From Chloroflexota bacterium (GTDB lineage Bacteria; Chloroflexota; UBA11872; VXOZ01): DNA of 64,000 nt. Below the pieces are notes generated by a model. That model ran no database searches and was not told the origin of the DNA. It saw only the letters and a program-made list of their open reading frames with translations. The DNA is taken from the NCBI GenBank assembly GCA_964291655.2, contig OZ219802.1, forward strand, positions 1,536,001 to 1,600,000, read 5' to 3'. The position numbers and the translations under genes are program-made. Positions 30,417 through 40,491 of this stretch are shown here, piece by piece (positions within the stretch are counted from its first letter, which is position 1; each line of letters begins with the position of its first letter).

Positions 30417-31268
30417 CTACCTACCGGCCCGTGCCGCCGGCTCCGCGTGACGGGTTTCCATCTTGAGGTGTTCGCGGCAAAATGCCGCGGCCTGATGGAT
30501 GCGATCGCGCACCTTCTCGTCGTCGCGGCCTGCGTGAAGCGCAAAGGGGTGTAACTCCACAACGACAATGCCACCGAAGCGGCTGCGGCTTAGTTCGCCG
30601 AGAAAGTCGGCAAGCGGCAGGGTACCCTCGCCGGGAAAGAGGTGCTCGCGACCATTGTATTCGTCAGATAGATGGATGTGCTGCACTGTGGCGCTCAGTT
30701 GCTGCCACGCATCCAAAATGTTGATCTGCGAAACGCCAAAGTGTGTGGTATCCATCGTCAGCGCCGTGAAGGGGCGCATGGCATCCGGATGCCAGAATTC
30801 GTGAAAATCCCGCTGCAAGATGCCCAAGCGTTTCACTACCATTCGCGGCAGGTTCTCGACGGTGAGCAGGATCGGAGTCTGTGCCTGCAAGCCGGCAAGG
30901 TTTTGCTGCAGCCATTGGGCTAGGTCCGGCGTGCCCCGCGAAATCGGATGAATGACGACCGTGCGTGCCCCGACCTGTTCCGCCAAACGTATCGTCGCCT
31001 TGAGCGTGCTCGGGTAGTCGGCTCCCATCTCCGATATGGTTCGAAACGGTGCGTGAACGCTGTGTACAGGAATGCCCCACTGTTCAGTGAGTGCCTTAAT
31101 GTACTCCGCTTGGCGGGTGTCCCATCGGTTATCTACTATGATTTCCACACCGTCGAACGGGGAGCCCTGCATCAGTTCGAAGGTTCGCGCCAAGCCGTAG
31201 GTGTAGAGCGAGCCGGTGGAGAGTGTGAGATAGGGTGTTTGGACGGCGGAATTGCTTGCGTCAGACAT
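30417..31268 (-). CDS. Sugar phosphate isomerase/epimerase family TIM barrel (AP-endonuclease 2-like)
   Basis: FDGVEI, SVHAPF, VIHP, VENLP, MDTTH, HIHLSD, HLFPGEG, VVEL. Confidence 0.85.
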   Translation of the reverse strand: MSDASNSAVQTPYLTLSTGSLYTYGLARTFELMQGSPFDGVEIIVDNRWDTRQAEYIKALTEQWGIPVHSVHAPFRTISEMGADYPSTLKATIRLAEQVGARTVVIHPISRGTPDLAQWLQQNLAGLQAQTPILLTVENLPRMVVKRLGILQRDFHEFWHPDAMRPFTALTMDTTHFGVSQINILDAWQQLSATVQHIHLSDEYNGREHLFPGEGTLPLADFLGELSRSRFGGIVVVELHPFALHAGRDDEKVRDRIHQAAAFCREHLKMETRHAEPAARAGR

Positions 31269-31630
31269 GTGTGCACGCCTCTTCAGGGTTCGGGGGACTT
31301 TGTCATGCGCCGTTATGCGCTCTTGCGCCGCACTGCTTCTCTTGCGGTAGATCAGCCAGCCACTGCGGCTACGGCGTGCCAGGCGGCGTCTATGCGACGG
31401 CAACTGTTTAGTACATTCCTTGCTACTTTCATTATAGCGACGTAACTCCCGACACGGCTATAGCATGAAGCACGCAAACATAGTCCACGGTGGACCGGCT
31501 AGCCGCATTCTGCCGGTGGATATTCTTGCAGCCCTTTGCCGGTCGCCCGGCTAGCCGCCTCTTGCCGCGGAGTCGGCATCTCGCTATCCTTCCTAGTACT
31601 AGCTTGAATTGCCTAAGGCCTTGCAGGGCT

Positions 31631-32287
31631 CATTGGTTGTGCCAAGGGGGGACTAGCCCCCGCGCTACGGTTGAGGCTAAGCTTCCGGGGACAGTTCCCG
31701 CTTTGAGCGTATTCACCCCTTTGGATGGATCGGGGCAGCGGGAAACACGAAGTTGAAAGCGAAGTAACGTAGGCATTGGTTGTGCCAAGAAGCGGGGGAC
31801 AAGCCCCCGCGCTACGGTTGAGGCTAGGCTGCCGGGGACAGTTCCCGCTTTGAACGTATTCACCCCTTTGAGTGGAACGGGGCAGCGGGAAACGCGATGT
31901 TGAAGGCGAAGTAACGTAGGCATTGGTTGTGCCAAGAAGCGGGGGACAAGCCCCCGCGCTACGGTTGAGGCTAGGCTACCGGGGACAGTTCCCGCTTTGA
32001 GCGTATTCACCCCTTTGGATGGAACGGGGCAGCGGGAAACGCGATGTTGAAGGCGAAGTAACGTAGGCATGGGTTGTGCCAAGAAGCGGGGGGAAAACCC
32101 CCGCGCTACGGTTGAGGCTAAGCTTCCGGGGACAGTTCCCCCTTTGAGCGTATTCACCCCTTTGGATGGAACAGGGCAGCGGGAAACGCCATGTTGAAGG
32201 CCAAGTAACGTAGGCATTGGTTGTGCCAAGGAGGGGGCAAGCCCCCGTGCTATGGTTGAGGCTAAGCTACCGGGGACAGTTCCCGCT
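31631..32287. repeat. Tandem array of ~147-bp units (x4.5), each with a GTAG-family REP and a second hairpin (BIME-like)
   Basis: Units start at 31631, 31774, 31921, 32068, 32215; GCGGGGGACAAGCCCCCGCGCTAC plus TTCCCGCT...AGCGGGAA stem. Confidence 0.92.
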
Positions 32288-32321
32288 ACGTCTTCTCCTG
32301 GGTCTTGAAAGAGTGTGCGCG

Positions 32322-33344
32322 TTGAAGAACAGCATCTATGACGTACAGCGGTTGCGGGCCAGGCACGCGCACGTTGCCGCAATTGCCGACGCTCCAGCGC
32401 CTGAAGCGCGCATAGTAGCGCCGCCAACGCCCGTAGTTGGGACGCCCACGGCAACAGACGTCTCGCTCCCGCAAGGGAAACCGAGCAGCAATGTGGCAGT
32501 GATTGCCGGGTCATTCAACCCGATAACTCTCGCCCATCTTAGTCTTAGCGGCGGCGCGTTGCAGCAGCCGGACGTAGGCGCAGTCTGGCTGTCGCTGGCA
32601 GTCCACACGGTTGATAAGGAGCATATCACCGGCGCGTTTCTGGAGGACCGCCTCTGCATGCTCGAAACTATCGCAGAGTCGCAGCAGAGCGTGGGCGTGG
32701 TGCTCTGCAACCGGGGTCTGTACGTTGAGCAGGCGGAAGCGTTGCGCTCGACAGTCGTCGCGCCTGATCAGGAACTCGTATTCGTCGTAGGTTACGACAA
32801 AATCCAACAGATACTCGATCCGCGCTACTACGAGGATCGGGAGGCCAGCCTCGATAGGCTCTTCTCTCTCGCACGCTTTTTGGTTGCGGAACGAGGCGCG
32901 TACGGCGCCCAGGCGCTAGCTGCCTTGCTGAGTGAGAAGACGAATCTGGCGTACTCCGGGCGAATCGCGCCACTGACGACGCTGCCCCTGCGCCATGATC
33001 CCGCGCTCTCTTCAACCGCCGTGCGCACGGCTTACGCCGAGGGTGGCGGCAGCCCCGCGGAAGCGTACGCCGTGCCGGAAACCGTGCAGGCCTTCATCGC
33101 GGCAACGGGAGTCTACGCGTCGCCGATGGTGCTGCCCAACGGCGAGACAATTGACCGCTACGGGGTGCGGATGCGCATACGCGATGCGCTGCTGGCTGAA
33201 CCGGAAAGCGATTTCTCCGCGGCCGAGTTCCGCACTGCCGTCGCGCTGGCGACGACTGATTCCGATTCCGGTAGCACGTTGCGCCGGCTGCTCGCAGAGG
33301 ACTGTAAATCTCTGCGGGCAATTCGCAAGCACATCACAGTCTAA
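32322..33344 (+). CDS. Nicotinamide/nicotinate-nucleotide adenylyltransferase-like protein (cytidylyltransferase family)
   Basis: GSFNPITLAH, VVGYDK, LSSTAVR; start approximate (TTG). Confidence 0.75.
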   Translation: MKNSIYDVQRLRARHAHVAAIADAPAPEARIVAPPTPVVGTPTATDVSLPQGKPSSNVAVIAGSFNPITLAHLSLSGGALQQPDVGAVWLSLAVHTVDKEHITGAFLEDRLCMLETIAESQQSVGVVLCNRGLYVEQAEALRSTVVAPDQELVFVVGYDKIQQILDPRYYEDREASLDRLFSLARFLVAERGAYGAQALAALLSEKTNLAYSGRIAPLTTLPLRHDPALSSTAVRTAYAEGGGSPAEAYAVPETVQAFIAATGVYASPMVLPNGETIDRYGVRMRIRDALLAEPESDFSAAEFRTAVALATTDSDSGSTLRRLLAEDCKSLRAIRKHITV

Positions 33345-33532
33345 GCATCGCAGTGACCGGACAAGAACCTGCGTGCGGCAGCCTTGGGACTTCGGTTGGT
33401 TGACTCTCAGTGCTGGGGACCGGTCTTTCCCATCTCGATTGAGCGCGGCCATGGAGTCAAAACGCCCCGCAGCACAATGGCTCGGGACGTATTCAATGTG
33501 GTTCCCTGTTTCGAGACGTCGCGCAGCGGCGC

Positions 33533-34066
33533 TCAATCCTTCTTTGGCTTTTCCAGGTCGTCTACGTCGAGAGAATTGATGAACTCGCGGAAGAGGCCAA
33601 GCCGTTCCTCAAGTTCCGGATCCGGCGTGCTTTCCTCCACGGACTCGCCCTCGCCCTGTTCTTCCTTGGCTGGTGTAAAGCTGGCTGCGTCCAGCACGCT
33701 CTCCGCAACGAGTATAGGCGCGTCAACGCGAACCGCCAGGGCGATGGCGTCACTGGGCCGCGCGTCGATTTCGACGTGCCGCCCGTTGTGGTCGAGCACG
33801 ATGCGCGCGAAGTACGTGCGGTCTGCCAGATCGTTAATGAGGATACTCACAACGGTAGCGCCGAGTGTCTCGATAACGCTGCTGAGGAGATCGTGCGTCA
33901 AAGGTCGCGAGAAGGAATGCTTGTGCAGCTTGATGGCAATCGAATCGGCCTCGGCAATGCCGATCACGATCACGAGATAGCGCTCTTGGTCTTTCTCGCG
34001 CAGCACAACCATCCGGGTCGGATTAGCCGGATTTCTGCCTACGCTTTCTATCACCATTTCCACCAT
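33533..34066 (-). CDS. Bifunctional nuclease family protein (DUF151)
   Basis: IGIAEA.SI, RPLTHDL, DARPSDAIALAVR. Confidence 0.92.
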   Translation of the reverse strand: MVEMVIESVGRNPANPTRMVVLREKDQERYLVIVIGIAEADSIAIKLHKHSFSRPLTHDLLSSVIETLGATVVSILINDLADRTYFARIVLDHNGRHVEIDARPSDAIALAVRVDAPILVAESVLDAASFTPAKEEQGEGESVEESTPDPELEERLGLFREFINSLDVDDLEKPKKD

Positions 34067-34170
34067 CGTATTGCCACCTGCGCAGCGACGTATCTGCGTT
34101 TCAACCTTTGTCCACGGCCCAAAGCGATCCCACTTAGCCCAAGCTCGCGGGTGCCCTCAGTACCTTAAGT

Positions 34171-35397
34171 TTACTCTTCCGGCTGGTCTAGCTCAAATGC
34201 GTGATGTAGGGCTTGGGCCGCCCGTTGGGCGTCATCTTCGTGCACCAGGCACGTGATTCTGATCTCGCTCGTTGTAATGCTCTCGATATTGATGGACGGC
34301 TCCGCCAGCGCGCCGAACATGCGGGCCGCCACGCCGGGGGTGCTCTGTATGCCGGTGCCGACAATTGAGACTTTTGCCAAGTTGGCAAAGTACAGCACGT
34401 CCGCTGCGCCAAGCGTCTGGGAAGCGCCTTCCACGAGCTCAAGCGTCTTGGCGAGGTCGTCCCGTGACACGGTGAACGAAATGTCGGTAATACCGTCGTG
34501 GCTGATGTTTTGGACGATCACGTCAATATTGATGCTGTCATCCGCAAGTGGCTGGAAGAGCCCATGGGCAATGCCGGGACGGTCAGGGATGCCAAGCACA
34601 GAGATCTTTGCGACATCGGTATCGACGGCAATGCCGCGAATGCGTTGGGCGTCTTTCTCCATATCCTCACCTCGGGTGATCACTGTACCAGAATTGTCAT
34701 TGAACGATGAGCGCACGACGATGGGCATGTCAAAGAGCTCCGCGAGCTCAACCGCCCTGGCGTGCATTACCCGCGCGCCGAGCTTGGCCAACTCCAGCAT
34801 CTCCTCGTGGGCAATGCGGTCGAGCTTGCGGGCGGTCGGGATTACGCGCGGATCAGCGGTGTAGATACCGTCGACATCCGTGTAGATTTCGCAGGCGGCC
34901 GCCTTTACGGCGATGGCGATGGCGACTGCGGTCGTGTCCGAACCACCGCGTCCCAGCGTGGTCACGTCCAAGTCGTGCGTTACCCCCTGAAAACCGGCAA
35001 CGATGACGATGCGGCCGGCCTCGAGTTCTTGCTCCATCCGCGAAGGATCGATGTCTACGATCCGAGCGCGGGAGTAGAAGGAGTCCGTGCGTATGCCTGC
35101 TTGCTGGCCGGTGAGCGCCACGGCATCGTAGCCCACGTCGCGGAGGCACATCGATAGCAGGGTGGAGGAGACGATCTCGCCGGTAGAAAGGAGCAAGTCC
35201 AAGTCGCGGCCCCCGGGGGAGCTGGACACTTGATGGGCGAGAGCAATCAGCTCATCGGTCGTGTCGCCCATGGCAGAAACGACGACGACAACGTCGTTAC
35301 CGGCATCGCGCGCGGCGGCCAACCGCGCGGCTACGGACTTGATGCGCTCCGCACTCTCTACTGAACTGCCGCCGTACTTTTGGACCACTCGCGCCAT
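34171..35397 (-). CDS. lysC: Aspartate kinase
   Basis: VQKYGGSSV, VVSAMGDTTD, GRGGSDTTAV, YTDVDG, two ACT domains, TSEI. Confidence 0.95.
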   Translation of the reverse strand: MARVVQKYGGSSVESAERIKSVAARLAAARDAGNDVVVVVSAMGDTTDELIALAHQVSSSPGGRDLDLLLSTGEIVSSTLLSMCLRDVGYDAVALTGQQAGIRTDSFYSRARIVDIDPSRMEQELEAGRIVIVAGFQGVTHDLDVTTLGRGGSDTTAVAIAIAVKAAACEIYTDVDGIYTADPRVIPTARKLDRIAHEEMLELAKLGARVMHARAVELAELFDMPIVVRSSFNDNSGTVITRGEDMEKDAQRIRGIAVDTDVAKISVLGIPDRPGIAHGLFQPLADDSINIDVIVQNISHDGITDISFTVSRDDLAKTLELVEGASQTLGAADVLYFANLAKVSIVGTGIQSTPGVAARMFGALAEPSINIESITTSEIRITCLVHEDDAQRAAQALHHAFELDQPEE

Positions 35398-35650
35398 GCG
35401 CGCGTCCCCTCCTCAAGAGGCTATGCGCTCTCCAACGACTTCCACGGCTTCTGTGCACAATCCTGCTCAGAAGTAGCAAAACACGCAACGAATTGCGTGT
35501 GTCTTACATACTCCCGGAAGGTCAGCACCACAAAATAACACGCGGGCTATGCCTAGCGGAGAGCGGGAACTTTCTGCTACATTATAGCATGCATTCGGCG
35601 CGGAAACCGCTTGAGCATTGGGCTGTGACGCCCCTGTGAGGCCTGACGAA

Positions 35651-36616
35651 ATGTCGTACACAATCGTGTTGGCCGATCCCATTCACGAGCAAGGGATCGC
35701 GATCCTCGAGCAGATCGCAACGGTTCGCCAAGCTGGCCAGGACGGCGGCGTGCCCCTGGCAGACCAATTGCGTGAAGTCCACGCAGTCGTGACGCGCCTT
35801 ACGAAAGTAACGCCCGAACTCATCGATGCAGCCCCATCCTTGCGGGCAATCTCCCGGCACGGCGTGGGCGTCGATAGCGTGGATGTGGCATACGCCACGG
35901 CGCGCGGCATCCCGGTGCTCTATACTCCCGCCGCAAATGCGGAATCTGTCGCGGAACATACGCTGGGGATGATGCTGGCCGTGAGCAAGATGATCCTGCT
36001 TGGCGACCGCGCGCAGCGCAACGGCGATTTCCAGTCGCGCACGCGGCTAATTGGCTTTGAACTCTACGGCAAGACGCTAGGTGTTGTGGGCGCGGGCCGA
36101 ATCGGCAGCCGGGTCGCACGCATGTGCCGCGCTGCGCTCGACATGCACGTCATCGCCTACGATCCCATTCTTTCACCGGATGACGCCCGCCTGCTCGGTG
36201 TTGAACTAGTTTCGGACCTTTCGGTTCTGCTGCAGGAGGCCGACTATGTCTCGCTGCACGCGCCGCTGACGCCGGAGACACACGGTCTTATCGGCCCGCG
36301 CGAGCTTAACCTGATGAAGCCGACGGCGATCCTTGTCAATTGCGCGCGCGGCGGCATCGTGGATGAGCAGGCACTGGCGACGGCGCTGCTGGAAGGCCAA
36401 ATTGCCGGCGCCGCGGTGGACGTCTGGCAACAGGAACCGCCGCCGCAAGACCATCCCCTGTTTGCCTTGGAGAACGTGATCGTCAGCCCGCACATGGCCG
36501 CTCACACGGAAGAGGCGATGATTCGCATGGCGACGACGCTCGCGCTGGATGTCACCCGTGTCTTGCAGGGCGAACGGCCGCACTTCTGCGTCAACCCTGA
36601 AGTGTTCTCAGAGTAA
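35651..36616 (+). CDS. D-isomer-specific 2-hydroxyacid dehydrogenase (PGDH-like, no ACT domain)
   Basis: GVGVD, SVAEH, GAGRIG, HAPLTPET, NCARG, DVW..EP, SPHMA. Confidence 0.88.
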   Translation: MSYTIVLADPIHEQGIAILEQIATVRQAGQDGGVPLADQLREVHAVVTRLTKVTPELIDAAPSLRAISRHGVGVDSVDVAYATARGIPVLYTPAANAESVAEHTLGMMLAVSKMILLGDRAQRNGDFQSRTRLIGFELYGKTLGVVGAGRIGSRVARMCRAALDMHVIAYDPILSPDDARLLGVELVSDLSVLLQEADYVSLHAPLTPETHGLIGPRELNLMKPTAILVNCARGGIVDEQALATALLEGQIAGAAVDVWQQEPPPQDHPLFALENVIVSPHMAAHTEEAMIRMATTLALDVTRVLQGERPHFCVNPEVFSE

Positions 36617-36647
36617 GTATCTCGCAGCGACAAAGGAGCGGACGCTA

Positions 36648-37478
36648 GTGGCAGTAATCGAACAATTCGTTGGCACACTGTCGCGACTGCGCGATCTAAA
36701 GGGCGAGGCCGTGGTGATCAAGATTGGGGGCAACGTGCTGCCCCACCGGGAGGCGTTCTGCGACGACGTCGAGGCGTTGTGGCAAGCCGGCCTGTTTACC
36801 GTCGTCGTGCACGGCGGCGGCAAAGCGGTAACCGAAATGGAAAAGACTCTCGGTCGGGAAGCGTCTTTTGTTGAAGGGCTGCGAGTTACGGATGCCGACG
36901 CCCTGGAACTGGTACAGATGGTTCTCGCCGGTAAGGTGAACAGCGATCTGGTGGCAATGCTTCAAGGCCGCGGCATTGACGCCATCGGCCTGACCGGCGC
37001 CGACGGTCAACTGCTCTTGGCAAACCCGCGCCAGAATCCGGCGGGGCTCGGTTACGTCGGCGATGTGAAGAAGGTGAACGTGGATGTATTTGTCGTCGTG
37101 GCCGAAGCACAAATGGTGCCGGTTATCGCGCCGCTCGGCGTCACGGAAGAAGGGCAGCTTCTCAACATCAACGCCGATACCGTCGCAGGCGACATTGCCA
37201 AAGCCCTTTCAGCACAACACTTCCTCCTGCTCACCGACGTGCCCGGTGTACAGGACAAGAACGGCGACGTGCTGCCCTCTCTTTCAGGGGCAAGCGCGCG
37301 TCAACTCATCCGCAACGGCACAATCAGCGGAGGCATGATCCCCAAAGTCACCGCTTGCCTGGATGCTTTGGAAGGGGTGCCGTCCGCCCATATCGTCGAC
37401 GGCCGCGAACCGCACGCCGTGCTGCGTCAACTCCTCACCGACGACCGCGTCGGCACCCAATTCCACGCCAAGGCTTGA
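36648..37478 (+). CDS. argB: Acetylglutamate kinase
   Basis: VIKIGG, VVHGGG, GLRVTD, GYVGDV, NINAD, GGMIPKV; GTG start after AAGGAG. Confidence 0.95.
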   Translation: MAVIEQFVGTLSRLRDLKGEAVVIKIGGNVLPHREAFCDDVEALWQAGLFTVVVHGGGKAVTEMEKTLGREASFVEGLRVTDADALELVQMVLAGKVNSDLVAMLQGRGIDAIGLTGADGQLLLANPRQNPAGLGYVGDVKKVNVDVFVVVAEAQMVPVIAPLGVTEEGQLLNINADTVAGDIAKALSAQHFLLLTDVPGVQDKNGDVLPSLSGASARQLIRNGTISGGMIPKVTACLDALEGVPSAHIVDGREPHAVLRQLLTDDRVGTQFHAKA

Positions 37479-37687
37479 GTTCATGGGACGAATTCTGTCC
37501 GTCACGGACTGACGTAGTTCTCACGGGCAAAGCGCCGCCAAGTTCGACGCAAGGCCGGCCGCTTCCATCCGGTATTTGCCGGCGCTCACCGTTCCCTCTT
37601 GCCGAGGATACGACCGCATCGAGAGATACGGGACATGCGCAGACTCCCAATCCGTCGCCTAGCTGCAGCCACTGGCGCTAAGATTAC

Positions 37688-37931
37688 TCCCTCTCCCTGG
37701 GAGGCCGTCTAATATATGCATCGCTCCGTGTAGACTTGCCCTTCGACCCTTCGACAGGCTCCTGGGGGACCTTTGCGTAACTCCGTCATTCCGGCGAAAG
37801 CCGGAATCCAGTGCGCCTTTACAACTAAAGATAGCATGATGTCAAGTCACTTCACCCCCATCCCAACCTTCCCCCTCATAGGTGAAGGGTTATGCAAAGA
37901 TCTCCTGGGGGAGAGGGCCGGGGTGAGGGGC
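37688..37931. mobile_element. CCCTC-type REP split by nested TIR-bounded miniature elements
   Basis: CCCTCTCCC-TGG | GAGGCCGTCT...GACAGGCTC | CTGGG | GGACCTTTGCGTAAC...GTTATGCAAAGATCTC | CTGGG-GGAGAGGG; inner cargo includes a CGTC REP. Confidence 0.65.
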
Positions 37932-37942
37932 ATCCGTGCCTA

Positions 37943-38884
37943 TCAGCCGAGTACCGGATTGCGCAAGGTTCCAAGTCGTTCGATTGTAGCCTCGATTGAG
38001 TCGCCGTCCACGAGCGAAGCGCCGGCTGCGGCACCCACTCCTGCCGGCGTGCCGGTGGAGATTACGTCACCGGGCTCAAGCGTGACGATGCGCGTAATGT
38101 ACTCGATCAATTCAAAGCAGTTGAAGATCATCTGTCCGGTGTTGCCCCGCTGCCGCTCGATGCCATTGACGCTCAGCGACATGGCGAGATTGTGGGGATC
38201 GGGAATCTCATCCGCCGTCGCGATGAACGGTCCCATGGGTCCATGGGTGTCGAACCACTTGCCGTTGAGCCAGTCGAAGAAGTCGTCCATCTCGCGTTCT
38301 TCCCGCTCCCACGGCAGGTTCATATCCCGCGACGAGATGTCATTGAAAATCGTATAGCCGGCAATGTGGCTCGGCGCATCGGCGGCGGAAATATCGCGGC
38401 CCGCTTTGCCGATCACGGCGGCAAGCTCCAACTCCCAGTCCACGCTGGCCGACATCTCCCACAGCCGCACCGGCTGATCCTGACCCACGAGCACGGTGTT
38501 GGGCTTCCAGAAGTAGCGAGGCGTCTGCTGCGACTTTTCCGGCGGTTCGTCACCGCCCTCGCGAATGTGGTCGGCGAAGTTGCCGGCCAGGCAAATTATC
38601 TTTCCCGGGTTCGAGATAGGCGGCAGCAGGCTTACCTCTGACGCAGCGTGGGCGAACGGCGCGTCGCCGCCTTGCTCCTGCGCAAAGCCGAGAACTCTCC
38701 GCGCCTGCGCCAAGCCGACGTCGCCCAGATCGAGCAATGCTCTTACGTCATTGGGCAGCTTGGCGCCAACCGCGCCGGCCTGTGCCGTAAAGGCGTCAGC
38801 GGCGTCCTGCAGATCGTAAACGTGGTCGCCATCCAACAGACCCGCCCGCGGGCCGCTATCGTTCGCGTAGGTGACGAGTTTCAT
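37943..38884 (-). CDS. Fumarylacetoacetate hydrolase family protein
   Basis: KIICLAGNF, DWELEL, YTIFNDISSRD, GKWFDT, GDVISTGTPAGVG. Confidence 0.92.
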   Translation of the reverse strand: MKLVTYANDSGPRAGLLDGDHVYDLQDAADAFTAQAGAVGAKLPNDVRALLDLGDVGLAQARRVLGFAQEQGGDAPFAHAASEVSLLPPISNPGKIICLAGNFADHIREGGDEPPEKSQQTPRYFWKPNTVLVGQDQPVRLWEMSASVDWELELAAVIGKAGRDISAADAPSHIAGYTIFNDISSRDMNLPWEREEREMDDFFDWLNGKWFDTHGPMGPFIATADEIPDPHNLAMSLSVNGIERQRGNTGQMIFNCFELIEYITRIVTLEPGDVISTGTPAGVGAAAGASLVDGDSIEATIERLGTLRNPVLG

Positions 38885-38949
38885 GCGTTTCTCCTTATGT
38901 ACAGACTCAACTTCATTCCCGTGTGAGCCCTGCTGTTAGCATTTCCACT

Positions 38950-39119
38950 GGAGACCTGTGCGCAATTCTGACGGACCCGAGGAACAGGGTATGAGTGGTG
39001 AAGATTTCCCCTCACCGCGGCCCTCTCCCCAGGGAGAGGGGGTCTTTTCGCCTGCCGGCATGGGTTGCGTATCGGACTGCAAATCCGCGCATACCCCATA
39101 CCTCGATTCGAGGGTCTCC
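38950..39119. mobile_element. Degenerate GGAGACC-ended MITE carrying a CCCTC REP
   Basis: GGAGACCTGTGCGCAA ... AGGGTCTCC enclosing CCCTCACCGCGGCCCTCTCCCCAGGGAGAGGG. Confidence 0.5.
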
Positions 39120-39313
39120 ATTGGCAGAAATGGCAGGGCCATGTCTCATCCTACCCTATACCATACAGAGACAGCCCGCGCGGTGCACCGAACGGCGGTC
39201 TCGAGTCCTACGAGACGTACGGGATACGCTCTTGCTTTGTGCCTAACTCACCCGCCCAGTATACTGACAACCAAGTTAATAGGCGGGATAAATGAGGGTG
39301 AGGTGATGAGATA

Positions 39314-40294
39314 GTGACACCAATTCGCTGTGCTGTGCTCGGCACGGGGCATTCGCATGCACTGGGCAAGCTGAATGTGCTGCGCAACTTTCCTGAATGG
39401 GAACTCGTGGGCGTCTGCGAACCCGATGCCGCTTGGCGTCACCAGCGGCAGCAGGAGGCCGCCTGGCAGGGCCTGCAGTGGCTGGACCAGGCAGAAGTCT
39501 ACGACGATCCCACCATTCAGATGATCTGCGTCGAGAGCGAGGTGCCGCAGTTGCTGCCGCTCGGCAAAAAGTCAATTGATGCCGGTAAGCACATCCACCT
39601 CGACAAGCCCGCCGGCACGGACCTCTCAGAGTGGAAAGCGATCCTCGACAAAGCCGAGCGGCAAGACCGCATCATTCAGATGGGCTACATGTTCCGCTAC
39701 AATCCCGGTTTCGACCTGGTGCGGCAGGCGGTGCGCGAGGGCTGGCTGGGCGACGTGCACTATGTGCGCGGCGGCATCAACTCCGCGAGCGATCCCACCA
39801 CCCGGGAGCGGCTGTCACACTATCCCGGCGGGATCATGCTCGAACTCGGCTGCCACCTGCTCGACATGATTACGCTCATCATGGGCCGGCCGGAGAAGGT
39901 CACGCCGATTTTGCGCCGGGACGGGCAGTTTGACGTAACCATGCAAGACAACACCCTCGCCGTGCTTGAATACGGTCAGGCAGTGGGCATCATCGAGAGC
40001 TCGCTGCTCGAGCAGGGCTCGCAGGACCGGCGGCACTTCGCCGTGTGCGGCAGTGAGGGCAGCATCGTGCTGACGCCATTGGAGCCGCCGGCGGGCCGCC
40101 TCTTCCTCAACGAGCCGCGCGGCGGGTACGAGGCCGGCTGGCAGGACGTGCCCTTTGATAATATCCCCCGTTATGAGCGCGATCTCGTGGAGTTGGCCGC
40201 GTGCATCCGGGGTGAGATGGAATTCCCTTACTCGAAAGAGCACGACTTCATCACGCAGGAGACGGTCCTGCGCGCGTGCGGGGCGGCGGAGTGA
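39314..40294 (+). CDS. Gfo/Idh/MocA-family oxidoreductase
   Basis: GTGHSH, GKHIHLDKP, MGYMFRY, ELGCHLLD. Confidence 0.9.
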   Translation: MTPIRCAVLGTGHSHALGKLNVLRNFPEWELVGVCEPDAAWRHQRQQEAAWQGLQWLDQAEVYDDPTIQMICVESEVPQLLPLGKKSIDAGKHIHLDKPAGTDLSEWKAILDKAERQDRIIQMGYMFRYNPGFDLVRQAVREGWLGDVHYVRGGINSASDPTTRERLSHYPGGIMLELGCHLLDMITLIMGRPEKVTPILRRDGQFDVTMQDNTLAVLEYGQAVGIIESSLLEQGSQDRRHFAVCGSEGSIVLTPLEPPAGRLFLNEPRGGYEAGWQDVPFDNIPRYERDLVELAACIRGEMEFPYSKEHDFITQETVLRACGAAE

Positions 40295-40383
40295 AGAGCG
40301 GAGTAGAGTTGCTCTCTTGACGGCCAAAGCCAATCTGACCGAAACGCCACAAGCTACAGGTTGCACGAAGCCTGTGCCGAATC

Positions 40384-40440
40384 CCGTTCATACTTCGACC
40401 CTTCGACAGGCTCAGGACAGGCAGGCTCAGCACGAACTGG
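40384..40440. repeat. REP-like element (CTTCGACAGGCTCAG family)
   Basis: CCGTTCATACTTCGACCCTTCGACAGGCTCAGGACAGGCAGGCTCAGCACGAAC. Confidence 0.6.
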
Positions 40441-40491
40441 ATTCTACATGCCTTCGAAATTCGTCTCATCCGCCCATAGAAGGAGTTTCCT

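Noticed and set aside
31631-32287. CRISPR array
   Set aside because: Sequences between the palindromes are near-identical rather than unique spacers, the period is 147 bp, and no cas genes are in the window.
31630-32514. 294-aa repeat protein on the minus strand
   Set aside because: It arises from the 147-bp period and overlaps the NadD-like gene antisense, so it is not called as a CDS.
35398-35650. Lysine riboswitch upstream of lysC
   Set aside because: No L-box consensus motifs are recognisable; the region looks like a divergent promoter.
35651-36616. Naming this gene serA
   Set aside because: It lacks the regulatory ACT domain, and substrate cannot be assigned within this large family.
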